A stretch of 64,000 nt of DNA from Candidatus Entotheonellaceae bacterium (GCA_965238075.1 OZ250173.1:1792001-1856000), one strand, 5' to 3'. Positions 29,215 to 39,322 are shown, numbered from the stretch's first letter. Translations and numbers: made by a program. Notes: generated by a model not told the origin, from the sequence alone.

Positions 29215-30456
29215 TCAATGCCCTGACACCTCCGGCACGGTGTCAAGCTGCCGCCGCACCTCGCCGGTGCCGACAAACTGCGACAGCAGCCGATAGTTCT
29301 TTCGCTCGTACCGAACCTGGCCGGCGATGATCGCCGGATGGACCTGCAGCGCACGGGCCAGGTTCATGACGGCCATAGGCGTCGGCCGCTTCCGTGCGGC
29401 GCTGGCTTCCCAAGCCAACCGGGGAACGAGTGCCTCTTGCGCCCACTCATCGGCCTGCGTTTCTTTCGGGTCTTCCCGCCTGCCTTCTATCCCGCGCAGC
29501 GTCTGGTCGTCGATAAAGGCGTCGCCCTCGTTGGTATCCAGGTGGCGGCCCACGTGGGCCAACTCGTGCAACAGACAGAACCAGAAGTTGTCGATCCGGT
29601 CATAGCGCAGGGTCAGCCCGATCACCGGGCGACCATCGCCGAGCCGGAGCGCTGCGCCGTCGAGATACGTCCTCGGCAGATACGGCGCGATTGCCAATGC
29701 GATGCCGTGCTTCGACAATAACTCCTTGGCTAGCCGCGGGCCGTCTTCAAACCCGCTGAGCCGCGCAACTTTCTTGAGGAAGCTTGGCGTAACGGTACCG
29801 GGTTCGTAGTCCGCCTCCGGCGGATTCTCGTTCCCCGTCGCCAGGACCTGCCAGCACCACGCCCTGAGAGCATAGGCGTCCATCTTGGCGTTCGTGCGCA
29901 TGTGGTCGTTCTTCCGGTACAGGGCGGCACGGGCGACATCCGGCCCGCCTGCCCGGTCGATCAGGCCGCGGATGAGCACCTCGGCATGCCCCGCCAGGTT
30001 GGGGACGGCCGGAATCCAGCCCAGCTTCGCCATCGCCTTGACCGGAAACCGGCGCCACTCGACGCCGGTCATCGGGTCGTCCAAGTCGACGTCCGACTCG
30101 CGCAGCAGCACGTCCGCCGGGATGCCAAGATGTTTGTGAAGCGCACGCGCCATCGGCATGGTGATCGCGCGCCTGCCGGAGAGCACCTCAGACACCTTCG
30201 CACGGCTGCCGATGAAGGGGATCAGGTCGCGTGGCCGCAAGTTCCCCTGCTCCATGCGGAACTCGATCGCAGCGAGTGGACTCGGGTAGCCCATCGGTTC
30301 TTGTCGACTCTCATAGAGTCCGACAAGATCGGCAAGGACGTCCAGTTCGTCGAACTCCGGGCTGCCGGGCGCTGCATCCATTAGTGCGTCGATCCGGGCC
30401 AACGCCTCTTCGTAATCCTTCTCGGTTCGAATTGGCTTGATCTTCGTATTGGCCAT
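29215..30456 (-). CDS. higA: HigA-type HTH antitoxin fused to an ImmA/IrrE (M78) metallopeptidase
   Basis: IKPIRTEKDYEEAL, GSRAKVSEVLSGRR, LDGAA, LTLRYDRIDNFWFCLLHELAHV, ETQADEWA. Confidence 0.9.
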   Translation of the reverse strand: MANTKIKPIRTEKDYEEALARIDALMDAAPGSPEFDELDVLADLVGLYESRQEPMGYPSPLAAIEFRMEQGNLRPRDLIPFIGSRAKVSEVLSGRRAITMPMARALHKHLGIPADVLLRESDVDLDDPMTGVEWRRFPVKAMAKLGWIPAVPNLAGHAEVLIRGLIDRAGGPDVARAALYRKNDHMRTNAKMDAYALRAWCWQVLATGNENPPEADYEPGTVTPSFLKKVARLSGFEDGPRLAKELLSKHGIALAIAPYLPRTYLDGAALRLGDGRPVIGLTLRYDRIDNFWFCLLHELAHVGRHLDTNEGDAFIDDQTLRGIEGRREDPKETQADEWAQEALVPRLAWEASAARKRPTPMAVMNLARALQVHPAIIAGQVRYERKNYRLLSQFVGTGEVRRQLDTVPEVSGH

Positions 30457-30457
30457 C

Positions 30458-30749
30458 TCACACCTCCCCCGCATTCACGCGGTCATACTGAGCATGTGTT
30501 CCCACGAAGCGTACGTAAACGATCCGCGCTGGGTAATTGATCTTCACCACGAGCCGATAGGCATTGCCCCTGATGTTGAAGACCACCCGGTTGCCGACGA
30601 GGATACTGGCGTTGGGGTATTTCGCCTTGACCTTGGCTGGCCCATCAGTCCTCCTTCTCGACCTCCCGATACCAGGCGAATAGCGACTCCTCGACGTCCG
30701 CATGTCGTTCCCAGAATTCCCGAAACGGCTTCTTGCTGATGATTCGCAT
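30458..30749 (-). pseudogene. higB: HigB toxin with a frameshift
   Basis: MRIISKKPFREFWERH...AWYREVEKED, lesion at ~30646 creating TGA, then DGPAKVKAKYPNAS...RVVFNIRGNAYRL...FVGTHAQYD. Confidence 0.9.
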
Positions 30750-30934
30750 GACAATAATGGATCTGTTCCCATAATACGGTTAAGTATACTATTCCCAATT
30801 CATCCTCGTTGACTTACACTCTCAATAATTTCGTGTCGAGAGAAGAGGCCAAAAACACGTGTTTTCGGATAGGCGGCCGACAAACTCGAGAAGAAACCCC
30901 AGCCCGATTTTTCTTTTATACCCGCGTCGCCACG

Positions 30935-31954
30935 TTATGCCTCACGCCGCGCCGCGCTTTCCGGGATGAACAACTCCAGCGCCAACAGCCCAAGGGCCAC
31001 CAGCACGAACCATTGGAAGCGGTGCACAAAGCGCTCACGTCGGTCGTGTCCCATGTTCTGGCGTGCCTTCGGAGCGATGCGTTCCGTGTAGATGCGATCC
31101 AACTCGATGGGGCGGGTACCCGCCGGCACGTAAGCGCCGCCGGTCATCCGCGCCATTTCCAACAGCAGGTCCTGCCGCAGGCGCGAGCGCACCTCCCGAC
31201 CCTGGTGCTCCACGTAGGTCAAACGCCCGTCCGCGCCGCGCACCGGAATGCGGGCGCCGGTATCTGCATCACCAACCCCGACCGCATAGATGGAGACCCC
31301 CTGCTTGGCCGCCGAGGCTGCCGCTTCGAGGGGAAAGCTGTCGTGATCGTCGCCGTCGGTGATCAAGATAATGTCTTTGTAATGGTGGGCCAGCGTCGCC
31401 ATGCTGCGCAGCGCGTGGCGGATCGCATCGCCGATCAGGCTGCCGCCGCGGCCGGCGGTATGCGGCCCGACCTCGGTAAGCCGCCGCAGAAAGAAGTTGT
31501 AATCCAGCGTCAGCGGGCATTGCAGGCTGGCGCGGCCCGCAAAGACCACCAACCCCAACCGGTGCCCGCCTTCCTCGCGCATGACCTGCACGAGTTCCCG
31601 GATATCCACCTTGGCGCGCTCCAGGCGGCTCGGCGACACGTCCTCGGCGAGCATGCTGCGCGACACGTCGAGCAGGATCATCACGTCGCGCCCGCGACGC
31701 TGCACGTCCTGCCAGCGCCGCCCCCACTGCGGCTGCGTCAGCGCCACAATCATGGCAGCCACGGCACCGAGCAGGCACAACGCCTTGAGCCACTGCCGGC
31801 TACGGCGAAGATCGGTAGTGAGCCGCGGCGCCACCGCGGCGTCGATAAAGGCCGACAGCGCACGCCGCTTGCGAGCAAAGCCGTAGACGTAGAGCATCAG
31901 CAGCGCGGGCAGCAGCCACAGCAAATGCACGTAAGACAAAGCCGCAAAACGCAT
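30935..31954 (-). CDS. BatB-like vWA protein
   Basis: PQWG, LDVSRSMLAEDVSPSRL, CPLTLD, LITDGDDH. Confidence 0.92.
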   Translation of the reverse strand: MRFAALSYVHLLWLLPALLMLYVYGFARKRRALSAFIDAAVAPRLTTDLRRSRQWLKALCLLGAVAAMIVALTQPQWGRRWQDVQRRGRDVMILLDVSRSMLAEDVSPSRLERAKVDIRELVQVMREEGGHRLGLVVFAGRASLQCPLTLDYNFFLRRLTEVGPHTAGRGGSLIGDAIRHALRSMATLAHHYKDIILITDGDDHDSFPLEAAASAAKQGVSIYAVGVGDADTGARIPVRGADGRLTYVEHQGREVRSRLRQDLLLEMARMTGGAYVPAGTRPIELDRIYTERIAPKARQNMGHDRRERFVHRFQWFVLVALGLLALELFIPESAARREA

Positions 31955-31968
31955 CGCCGGCCCTCGCG

Positions 31969-32928
31969 CTACGGGATGGAGAGGAAGCGGGTGTTGACGA
32001 GGGCCATTTCCAGCAGCAGCAAGCCCAGGGCGGGGAGCAGAAACCAGGCAAAGCGCTCGGCGTATTGTTGGTAATGCTCCGAGACCGTGGCGGTCGTTTC
32101 CAGCCGGTCGATGGCGGCGTAAATACGGTTCAGTGCCTCGTCGTCGGTGGCGTGGAAGTATTGCCCGCCGGTGCGGGCGGCGATTTCCAGGAGGGTCAAC
32201 TCGTCGATGGCGCGCTCGTTGCCGGTGCCGATGGCGTAGATTTTGACCCCGAGCGCCTGGGCGATTTGCGCGGCCTGCAGCGGCGGCGTGGCGCCGGCGT
32301 TGTTGGTACCGTCGGTGAGCAGGATCATGATGCGGCTGGGCGCCTGGCTGCCCTGCAGACGCTCGACGCCGAGCGCAATCGCCTCGCCGATGGCGGTGCC
32401 GTCCTCTTCCGCCTGCGGCACGATGTCCACCTGATCGAGCAGTGACAACAGCGTCTCGTAGTCCAGGGTCAGGGGGCAGACGCTGTCGGCGTAGCGGGCG
32501 AAGGTCACCATGCCGATCAGGTCGCCGTCCCGGCCGCGCAGGCTCGCGCCGCCGCGCACGAAATCCCGGAAGGTCCGCTTGACGAGCTCCAGCCGGTTGC
32601 TCACCTGACCGCCGAGAACCGCGTCGGGTGTCGCCATGCTGCTGGAGATGTCCACAATCATCACGATGGCGATGCCGTCACTGTAGATTTTGGTGGCTTC
32701 GAGCCCTTGCTGCGGGCGCGCCAAAGCCACTAGGCAGAGAATCAGCACGACGGCGCGCAGCAGGGGCAGCGCCTCGCGCAGGCGGGTCATGAGGGAGCGG
32801 GGGAGGGTGGTCAGATCGTGCAGAGCAGAATAACCGATGGCGGCAGGCCGCTGACGGCGGCGGCTGAAGAAGAGAACGAGCGGCACCAAGAGAAGCCCCA
32901 GCAGCGCCAAGGGACTCCCCAGGCTCAT
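31969..32928 (-). CDS. BatA-like vWA protein
   Basis: ALARPQ, VDISSSM, GTAIGEAI, LLTDGTNNAG, TGGQYFHA. Confidence 0.92.
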   Translation of the reverse strand: MSLGSPLALLGLLLVPLVLFFSRRRQRPAAIGYSALHDLTTLPRSLMTRLREALPLLRAVVLILCLVALARPQQGLEATKIYSDGIAIVMIVDISSSMATPDAVLGGQVSNRLELVKRTFRDFVRGGASLRGRDGDLIGMVTFARYADSVCPLTLDYETLLSLLDQVDIVPQAEEDGTAIGEAIALGVERLQGSQAPSRIMILLTDGTNNAGATPPLQAAQIAQALGVKIYAIGTGNERAIDELTLLEIAARTGGQYFHATDDEALNRIYAAIDRLETTATVSEHYQQYAERFAWFLLPALGLLLLEMALVNTRFLSIP

Positions 32929-33992
32929 GCAGCGTAGGCCCTCGCCGTTTCGGCGCTGACGAGGGCCTCCGGGTCCGCCGTCTGCTCGACGAAGTCGCGC
33001 GCCCGCTGCAAGGCGTTGTGCATGTCTTCGGTGGCGGGCTGGTGGCGGGCGAATTTCACCAAGTCGCAGTGTTCCAGGAAGGCACTGAGCAGATCGCGGT
33101 GCGCGGCGATGGGCCCACCGGCAACGAGCATGGCTTCGAGAAACTCCTCGGTGGTCTGCTCAGGGGCGCGCAGGCCGAAGCGCCATTCGATGTAGTGCCG
33201 CAGGATGCCGGACACCCGCACGTAGAACTCCTCGATGCGCTGCAGGGTGATAAGGTCGTCGCTCTGCAACCGGTCCAAGGCGGCCAGGGCCAGCAGGTGC
33301 GCCAGTTGCGACGGCTCACCGCGCAGCAGACGCCGGCGACGCGCTCGCCGCCACCACAAGATCGCCAGCACAAGGAGCACGGGCGCTGCGGCGATGGCGA
33401 TCCACGCCCATATCGGCAGGCCGCGCCAAGCCAGTTCGACCGGCGGCGCGATGTCTTTGGGTTTCTTGAGGTCAGCCCCTTCCGGCAGAACGGAGGTGAC
33501 GACAATCTGGAACGGCTCCGTGGTCAGTTGTTGTGGCTCCGCGTCCTCGGCGGCGCCCTCTTCGAAAAGCGTAATCGTCAGCGGCGGAATGGCAAGCTCG
33601 CCGACCTCCTCGACTTCCAGCAGATACTCCCGCTTCCATTGGCGCAGTTGCGAATCCAACATTTCGGGGTCGGGTATGAAGTCGTTGCGCACCAGGAAGG
33701 GGCCGAGGCGGTCGAAGATCTCCGGGAAGATGACGCCCTTGTCAGCAGGCGCGGTGACCGACAGGGTCAGCCGCAGTTGATCGGCCATCCCCATGCTGCG
33801 CCGGTCGGCGGCCAGGGTGACGATCACGTTGCCCTCGGCGACGTGCTGCTCAAGCGATTCCTCGATCGCGACACCCGATTCCTGTGCAGCCGCCTGTATT
33901 GCCATCAGGGCAACAAGGCATGCCAGAATCACCAGCCAAGTGAACCGCCCGCCACGATCAATAGTCCGAAACGCTCCGCCAAGACGAGTCAT
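32925..33992 (-). CDS. Bat-operon membrane protein (Ig-like ectodomain, TM, C-terminal helical domain)
   Basis: KDIAPP, TM, LRHYIEWRFG.RAPEQTTEEF, DLVKFA; lies between DUF58 and batA. Confidence 0.85.
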   Translation of the reverse strand: MTRLGGAFRTIDRGGRFTWLVILACLVALMAIQAAAQESGVAIEESLEQHVAEGNVIVTLAADRRSMGMADQLRLTLSVTAPADKGVIFPEIFDRLGPFLVRNDFIPDPEMLDSQLRQWKREYLLEVEEVGELAIPPLTITLFEEGAAEDAEPQQLTTEPFQIVVTSVLPEGADLKKPKDIAPPVELAWRGLPIWAWIAIAAAPVLLVLAILWWRRARRRRLLRGEPSQLAHLLALAALDRLQSDDLITLQRIEEFYVRVSGILRHYIEWRFGLRAPEQTTEEFLEAMLVAGGPIAAHRDLLSAFLEHCDLVKFARHQPATEDMHNALQRARDFVEQTADPEALVSAETARAYAA

Positions 33993-34015
33993 CGTCCATT
34001 CCCCGTTGGGATTCC

Positions 34016-34894
34016 CTAATGCCAGCGCCGCTCCCGCTTGCGGAAGAACCGCACCAGGGACGGCATGTACGGCCGGTCCGTAAATACCTCGATCTCGTCG
34101 ATTCCAATGGATTGGAACAGTTGCCGCCGCCGCTCGGCCGTCGCTGCGCGCCGCCGCCGGTACGCCTCCCGCACCGCCTTGCTACTGGTATCCAGTACCA
34201 TCAGGGCGCCGCTCTCTAAGTCCCGCAGGGTGACAAAACCGAGCCGCGGCAGGCACACCTCGCGCCGGTCGGTAACGCTGACCGGAATCACGTCGTGACG
34301 CCGATACGCCAGGCGCAGCGGCTGGTCATAGCCCGGCGTGAGAAAGTCGGACACCAGGAAGCAAACGGTTCGGCGGCGGCTGATGCGGAGCAGATATTCC
34401 AGCGCCGAACCGATGTCGGTGCGCTGCTGCCGGGGCTGGAAATACAGCACGTCCCGGATGATCCGCAGCACGTGGCGCTTGCCCTTCTGCGGCGGGACGA
34501 ATTTCTCGACGCGGTCCGTGAACAGGATGAGGCCCACCCGGTCATTGTTCATGACCGCGCTGAGCGCCAGCACGGCGCACAACTCGGTGGCCACCTCCGC
34601 CTTCAGCCGAACCGTGCTGCTGAAGCGGCCCGAAGCACTCAGGTCCACCAGCAGCATGACGGTCAGCTCTCGCTCTTCCACGTACTGTTTGACATACGGC
34701 TGACCGCGGCGAGCCGTGACGTTCCAGTCGATCGTGCGAATTTCGTCGCCCGGCGCGTACTCCCGAACCTCGGAAAATTCCATTCCCCGGCCCTTGAAGG
34801 CGCTGTGATATTCGCCCCCCAGGACATCCCGCACCAAGCGGCTGGTGCGGATATGAATCTGGCGCACGTGCTTGAGAATGTCGGGTGGAAGCAT
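34016..34894 (-). CDS. DUF58 family protein
   Basis: YHSAFKGRGMEFSEVREYAPGDEIRTIDWNVTAR, EEREL, VSDF. Confidence 0.95.
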   Translation of the reverse strand: MLPPDILKHVRQIHIRTSRLVRDVLGGEYHSAFKGRGMEFSEVREYAPGDEIRTIDWNVTARRGQPYVKQYVEERELTVMLLVDLSASGRFSSTVRLKAEVATELCAVLALSAVMNNDRVGLILFTDRVEKFVPPQKGKRHVLRIIRDVLYFQPRQQRTDIGSALEYLLRISRRRTVCFLVSDFLTPGYDQPLRLAYRRHDVIPVSVTDRREVCLPRLGFVTLRDLESGALMVLDTSSKAVREAYRRRRAATAERRRQLFQSIGIDEIEVFTDRPYMPSLVRFFRKRERRWH

Positions 34895-34904
34895 GTCCGG
34901 CAGC

Positions 34905-35093
34905 CTGGAGCCCTTTCGGATCAAGACGACGCTTAATCCGGGGCTTTCCCCCTCATCCCGACCCTCTCCCTCCAGGGGAGAGGGAGTAAAAACCTCTCTC
35001 AGGGGAAAGCCAATCTCTTGATTCCCTCCCCCCACCGAGGGAGAGGGCTAGGGAGGGGGGGGGCGGGTGCAATCAGATATGGAAATGCTCTAG
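34905..35093. mobile_element. MITE-like shell enclosing an inverted pair of CCCTCTCCC...GGAGAGGG palindromes
   Basis: Left CTGGAGCCCTTTCGGATCAAGACG; right GGAAATGCTCTAG. Both end types match those of 11888-12123 in the opposite orientation. Confidence 0.65.
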
Positions 35094-35108
35094 CCGGCCG
35101 ACGCCGAC

Positions 35109-36098
35109 TCAAGGCACCGGCAGGTGATCGAAAATCTGCTGAACGATGTGCTCGGCCGTCACGTCCGCGGCTTCCGCTTCGTAGGTGATGAGGACACGGT
35201 GGCGCAGAACGTCCATACCGATCCACTTGACGTCCTGCGGCGTGACGTAGCCGCGGCCGTGCAGGAAAGCCGCTGCCTTGGACGCCAGCGCCAAGTATAT
35301 GGTAGCGCGCGGCGAGGCGCCGTATTCGATGTAGTGGCCGAGGTCCAGCTGGTAGTCCTGCGGCTCGCGCGTGGCGTACACGATGTCGACGATGTACTGC
35401 TTGATTTTGTCGTCCAGATAGATCGAATCCACCACCTCGCGCAGTTGCAGAATATCGGCCGGGCTGACCACCGCCTTGACCTCGATATGGGGCTGCGTGT
35501 GGGCCATGCGCTCGAGGATTTGCAACTCTTCCTCGCGATTGGGGTAGGGGATGTGCAGCTTCAGCATGAAGCGATCGACCTGGGCTTCCGGCAGGGGGTA
35601 AGTACCCTCTTGCTCCAGCGGGTTCTGGGTGGCGAGCACGAGAAAGGGTTGCGGCAGGGGAAAGGTGTCGTCGCCGATAGTCACCTGGCCTTCCTGCATG
35701 GCTTCCAGAAGCGCGCTCTGCACCTTGGCGGGTGCGCGGTTGATCTCGTCGGCCAGTACCAGATTGGCAAACACCGGACCCTTGCGCACTTGAAAGCTGC
35801 CCGTCTGCGGCTGGTAGATGAGGGTGCCGATCAGGTCCGCCGGCAGCAGGTCGGGGGTGAACTGTATCCGCTGGTACTCCGCCTGCAGGGTCTGTGCCAG
35901 GGTGGTCACGGAGAGCGTCTTGGCCAGTCCCGGCACGCCCTCCAGAAGCACGTGGCCATTGGCGAGAAGGCCGATCAAAAGCCGTTCAATCATGTAGCGC
36001 TGACCCACGATAACCTGCTCCATTTCGTGCGTCAGGCTCTGCACGATATGGGCGTGCTTTTCTACTTCAGCGCCAATTTCTTCCACGTCAACAGACAT
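35109..36098 (-). CDS. MoxR family AAA+ ATPase
   Basis: LLEGVPGLAKT, RIQFTPDLLPAD, LADEINRAPAKVQSALLEAM, ATQNPLEQEGTYPLPEAQVDRF, GASPR. Confidence 0.97.
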   Translation of the reverse strand: MSVDVEEIGAEVEKHAHIVQSLTHEMEQVIVGQRYMIERLLIGLLANGHVLLEGVPGLAKTLSVTTLAQTLQAEYQRIQFTPDLLPADLIGTLIYQPQTGSFQVRKGPVFANLVLADEINRAPAKVQSALLEAMQEGQVTIGDDTFPLPQPFLVLATQNPLEQEGTYPLPEAQVDRFMLKLHIPYPNREEELQILERMAHTQPHIEVKAVVSPADILQLREVVDSIYLDDKIKQYIVDIVYATREPQDYQLDLGHYIEYGASPRATIYLALASKAAAFLHGRGYVTPQDVKWIGMDVLRHRVLITYEAEAADVTAEHIVQQIFDHLPVP

Positions 36099-36239
36099 AA
36101 GATCACTTCCTCAGGTAATCGTAAGGACTCGGCAGCGCCGACTGTGGGGCGTGCTGGATACCATTCGTGCCCTGGAAAGGGCCGGGAGGGTATGGTACAC
36201 GACGCACACCCCGGAATACAGGACGAAACGCGCCGCGCC

Positions 36240-37202
36240 TCAGCTGGAAAGGCCGCGCAACTGCGCCAGAAGCGTTGCCATGTCCGTCGGAACGGGCGAC
36301 GAAAACGTCATGCAACCGCCGTGCGTCGGGTGCTGAAACCGCACCTGCGCGGCGTGCAACGCCTGCCGCGAAAAGGACCGCATGGCCTGCTCCAGCGCCG
36401 GCTGACCCGGCCAGTGGCGGGCGCCGGGTCCGTAGGTGGCGTCGCTCAGCACGGGGTGGCCGAGAAAAAGCAAGTGAACACGGATCTGATGCGTGCGGCC
36501 CGTCTCCAGAGCCAGTTCCAGCAGGCTGAGGGCACCCCACGCTTCGAGCACCCGGTAATGGGTGCGCGCTTCCCGGCCGCCGCGTGCCACAACGGCCATT
36601 TTCTTGCGTTGGGTGGGGTGTCGGCCAACCGGCGCGTCGATTGTTCCCTCTTGCGCCGGCATCGCACCATGCACCAGCGCCTGGTAGCGCCGCTGCAGCT
36701 TTTTCGCCTTGAGTTGCGCCGCCAGATGGCGATGGCTGCGGTCGTGCTTGGCCACCACCAGCAGCCCGGAGGTGTCCTTGTCCAGCCGGTGGATGATGCC
36801 CGGGCGCTCCTCGCCGCCGATGCCCGAGAGCGATCGGCAGTGAAACAGCAGCGCGTTGACCAGCGTGCCGCTGGGATGTCCGGGCGCCGGATGGACGACC
36901 AGACCGGCCGGCTTGTCGATCACCAGCAGATCGTCGTCTTCGTGCAGGATGTTGAGCGCCAGGGGCTCAGCGGCATGATCGGAGGGCCGCGGCGGCGGGA
37001 CGTGCAAATCGATGGTTTCGCCCTCGCGCACCCGGTAGTTGACGGATGCCGGGCCGTTCGCGGCGGCCGCTTGCCCCTCCTGAATGAGCCGCTGGACCTG
37101 CGTGCGTGACAGATCGGTGAGGTGCGACGCCAAGTACTTGTCCAGCCGCATGCCGGCGTCTTCAGCCGCGACAACAAGGGTGAACCGTTGGCCCGTGCTC
37201 AA
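36240..37202 (-). CDS. rluD: RluA/RluD family 23S rRNA pseudouridine synthase with S4 domain
   Basis: RLDKYLA, DKPAGLVVHP, RPGIIHRLDKDTSG, LETGRTHQIRVH, RQALHA; TTG start overlaps the lspA stop. Confidence 0.9.
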   Translation of the reverse strand: MSTGQRFTLVVAAEDAGMRLDKYLASHLTDLSRTQVQRLIQEGQAAAANGPASVNYRVREGETIDLHVPPPRPSDHAAEPLALNILHEDDDLLVIDKPAGLVVHPAPGHPSGTLVNALLFHCRSLSGIGGEERPGIIHRLDKDTSGLLVVAKHDRSHRHLAAQLKAKKLQRRYQALVHGAMPAQEGTIDAPVGRHPTQRKKMAVVARGGREARTHYRVLEAWGALSLLELALETGRTHQIRVHLLFLGHPVLSDATYGPGARHWPGQPALEQAMRSFSRQALHAAQVRFQHPTHGGCMTFSSPVPTDMATLLAQLRGLSS

Positions 37203-37693
37203 CTCTCGACCCTCACGGTGCGGAACGCGTCGAGGACCAGCAACCCCACGCCCACGCAAATGGCGCTGTCGGCCACGTTGAAGGCGGGCCAGTGGTAGAC
37301 GTCGTACCAGTGCACGTCGAGGAAGTCGATCACCTGCCCGATGCGGAAGCGGTCGATGCCGTTGCCGACAGCGCCGCCGATCACCAGGCAGACGCCCCAC
37401 AGCGTCAGGGTCTGGGAGGCAGGCAGGCGCGACAGGTACCACACCAGGAGCACCACCGCCAGCACGGTGACGGCCGGAAAGAAGATACGCAGAACGTCCG
37501 GGTCGTAGCGGGCCAGCAGGCCGAAGGCGGAACCGGAATTGCGCACGTAGGTGAGGGCGAAGAAGTTCTCCACCAGCGGGCGGGATTCGTACAACGCGAA
37601 GGCGTTGTGCACGTGGAGCTTGGTGGCTTGATCGAGGACCAGGACGAGGCCGGCAACCCAGCCCAACAGGCACCATCTGCTGCGTATCTGCAT
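37199..37693 (-). CDS. lspA: Lipoprotein signal peptidase
   Basis: LDQATK, NSGSAFG, GAVGNGIDR, VIDF, WPAFNVADS. Confidence 0.97.
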   Translation of the reverse strand: MQIRSRWCLLGWVAGLVLVLDQATKLHVHNAFALYESRPLVENFFALTYVRNSGSAFGLLARYDPDVLRIFFPAVTVLAVVLLVWYLSRLPASQTLTLWGVCLVIGGAVGNGIDRFRIGQVIDFLDVHWYDVYHWPAFNVADSAICVGVGLLVLDAFRTVRVES

Positions 37694-37716
37694 CCCTGCT
37701 CCCTGCCGTGCGCCCG

Positions 37717-38703
37717 TCAGATGTGCATGGCGTCGCGCACTTCCGCCATCGTCTGCTGCGCGACCTGGCGGGCGCGCTGGCTGCCGTCGCGCATCACGTC
37801 CATCGCCTCGTCCGGGTGCGCCGTGTAGTGGGCGCGCTTCTCGTGCAGGGGCTGCAGGTCCTCCACCATGTGGCTGATCAATTTGCCCTTGCAGTCGATG
37901 CAGCCGATGCCCGCGGTGCGGCAGCCGTGCGCCACCTCCTGGCGCTCTTCCTCGGTGCTGTAGATGCGATGGAAGTCGAACACGGGGCAGAGTTCCGGGT
38001 CGCCGGGGTCCGTTCTCCGCTTGCGCGCCGGGTCGGTCATCATCACCTTGACCTTCTTCGACAGCGTGTCCGGGCTGTCGGACAGGTAGATGACATTGTT
38101 ATAGCTCTTGCTCATCTTGCGCCCGTCGAGCCCCGGCAGCTTGGGCACCTCGGTCAGTTTCGGCTGCGGCTCCGGGAAGACCGCGCGATCGTAGGTGTGG
38201 TTGAAGCGCCGCACGATCTCGCGGCTGAGCTCCACGTGCGACACCTGGTCGGCGCCCACGGGCACCCAGTTGGCCTTGTACATGATGATGTCGGCGGTTT
38301 GCAGCAAGGGGTAGCCGAGGAAGCCGTAGGTGTTGAGCTCGCGGTCCTTGATCTCTTGTTGCTGCTCCTTGAACGTCGGCACGCGCTCTAGCCAGGCGAG
38401 CGGCGTCAGCATCGACAGCAGCAGGTGCAGTTCGGCATGCTCCGGCACCTGGGACTGGACGAACAGCACGCTTTCGTTTGGGTCGAGCCCGGCGCTGAGG
38501 TAGTCGATGGCGATTTCCCGCACCCAGGTACGAATCTGAGCCGTGTCCGCGTAGCCGGTGGTCAGGGCGTGCCAGTCGGCGATAAAGTAGAAGGCCTCGT
38601 AATCCTTCTGCAACTGCACCCAGTTTTGCAGCGCGCCGAGAAGGTTGCCCAGGTGCAGCGCGCCGGACGACCGCATGCCACTCAGAATCCGCTCTTTCGT
38701 CAT
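37717..38703 (-). CDS. trpS: Tryptophanyl-tRNA synthetase
   Basis: SGMRSSGALHLGN, YPLLQTADI, VPVGADQ, KMSKS. Confidence 0.97.
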   Translation of the reverse strand: MTKERILSGMRSSGALHLGNLLGALQNWVQLQKDYEAFYFIADWHALTTGYADTAQIRTWVREIAIDYLSAGLDPNESVLFVQSQVPEHAELHLLLSMLTPLAWLERVPTFKEQQQEIKDRELNTYGFLGYPLLQTADIIMYKANWVPVGADQVSHVELSREIVRRFNHTYDRAVFPEPQPKLTEVPKLPGLDGRKMSKSYNNVIYLSDSPDTLSKKVKVMMTDPARKRRTDPGDPELCPVFDFHRIYSTEEERQEVAHGCRTAGIGCIDCKGKLISHMVEDLQPLHEKRAHYTAHPDEAMDVMRDGSQRARQVAQQTMAEVRDAMHI

Positions 38704-38783
38704 GCTGTTTCCTTACGACAGGGAGGAAGAATCTTTGGAGGAAAACGCTCGGATGGGCGTCCTGGCGCAAGCATTGGGGGGCT

Positions 38784-38812
38784 AATGTAGCGAATCGCCT
38801 TGAGTGCGTCAA
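38784..38812 (-). promoter_or_regulatory. Sigma-70-type promoter for trpS
   Basis: TTGACG-17 bp-TACATT on the minus strand. Confidence 0.55.
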
Positions 38813-39042
38813 GCAACCGTGCGAGGCTCAGCCAGGCCACGTCCTGTTCGGCACGACTGCGGTTCGGGTTGTCCGGGACGGCTCTGGGTGGCGCCCGTTG
38901 GACGAGGCGTCCTTTGGAGAGTTATTGGACCAATGAGCGTGCACCTCGGACAAGGCTGATCGCCGCCTGCCGCTCCTGCAAGGCGTCCGACACTTTGCGC
39001 GTGCCGACGCGAGTCTGATAAATTTGGCGGGCGTCAATCAGC

Positions 39043-39250
39043 CTGGAGCATTTCAAGGTTGTTTAGAACCTGCAACCTGGCTTGCGATTGCATCCGCGTC
39101 ACTCCGGCGGAAGCCGAAGTCCAGACGGGCTTGCCAGGGAACGAGGTCGCTGGATTCCGGCGTACGTCGGAATGACAATTTGGCCCTTGGAGGGTCTATT
39201 TCCATAAGGTGAAGCTGGATATGGTGCTGACCAATCTTGAATTGCTGTCG
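39043..39250. mobile_element. MITE-like shell enclosing a GTCA(C/T)TCC-type palindrome (39098-39176)
   Basis: Left CTGGAGCATTTCAAGGTTG; 39047-39061 vs 39232-39246 form a 13/15 inverted repeat. Confidence 0.55.
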
Positions 39251-39322
39251 TTCGCTTATGCGGCATGAACCTTCGAGACGGCAATTTTGTTGGTACTCCG
39301 GTAACCACTATGCACGACGAAG

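Noticed and set aside
30640-30650. In-frame TGA in higB as selenocysteine or readthrough (likewise ~47022)
   Set aside because: Homology resumes in a different frame, so these are frameshift lesions, not recoded stops.
35124-37109. 661-aa plus-strand ORF
   Set aside because: Antisense shadow of moxR and rluD.
36240-37676. 478-aa extended rluD ORF as a fusion protein
   Set aside because: The extension overlaps lspA in another frame; the real start is the TTG at 37202.
38704-39040. T-box or attenuator upstream of trpS (also considered for pheS)
   Set aside because: No T-box consensus or leader peptide; predicted promoters are close to the start codons.
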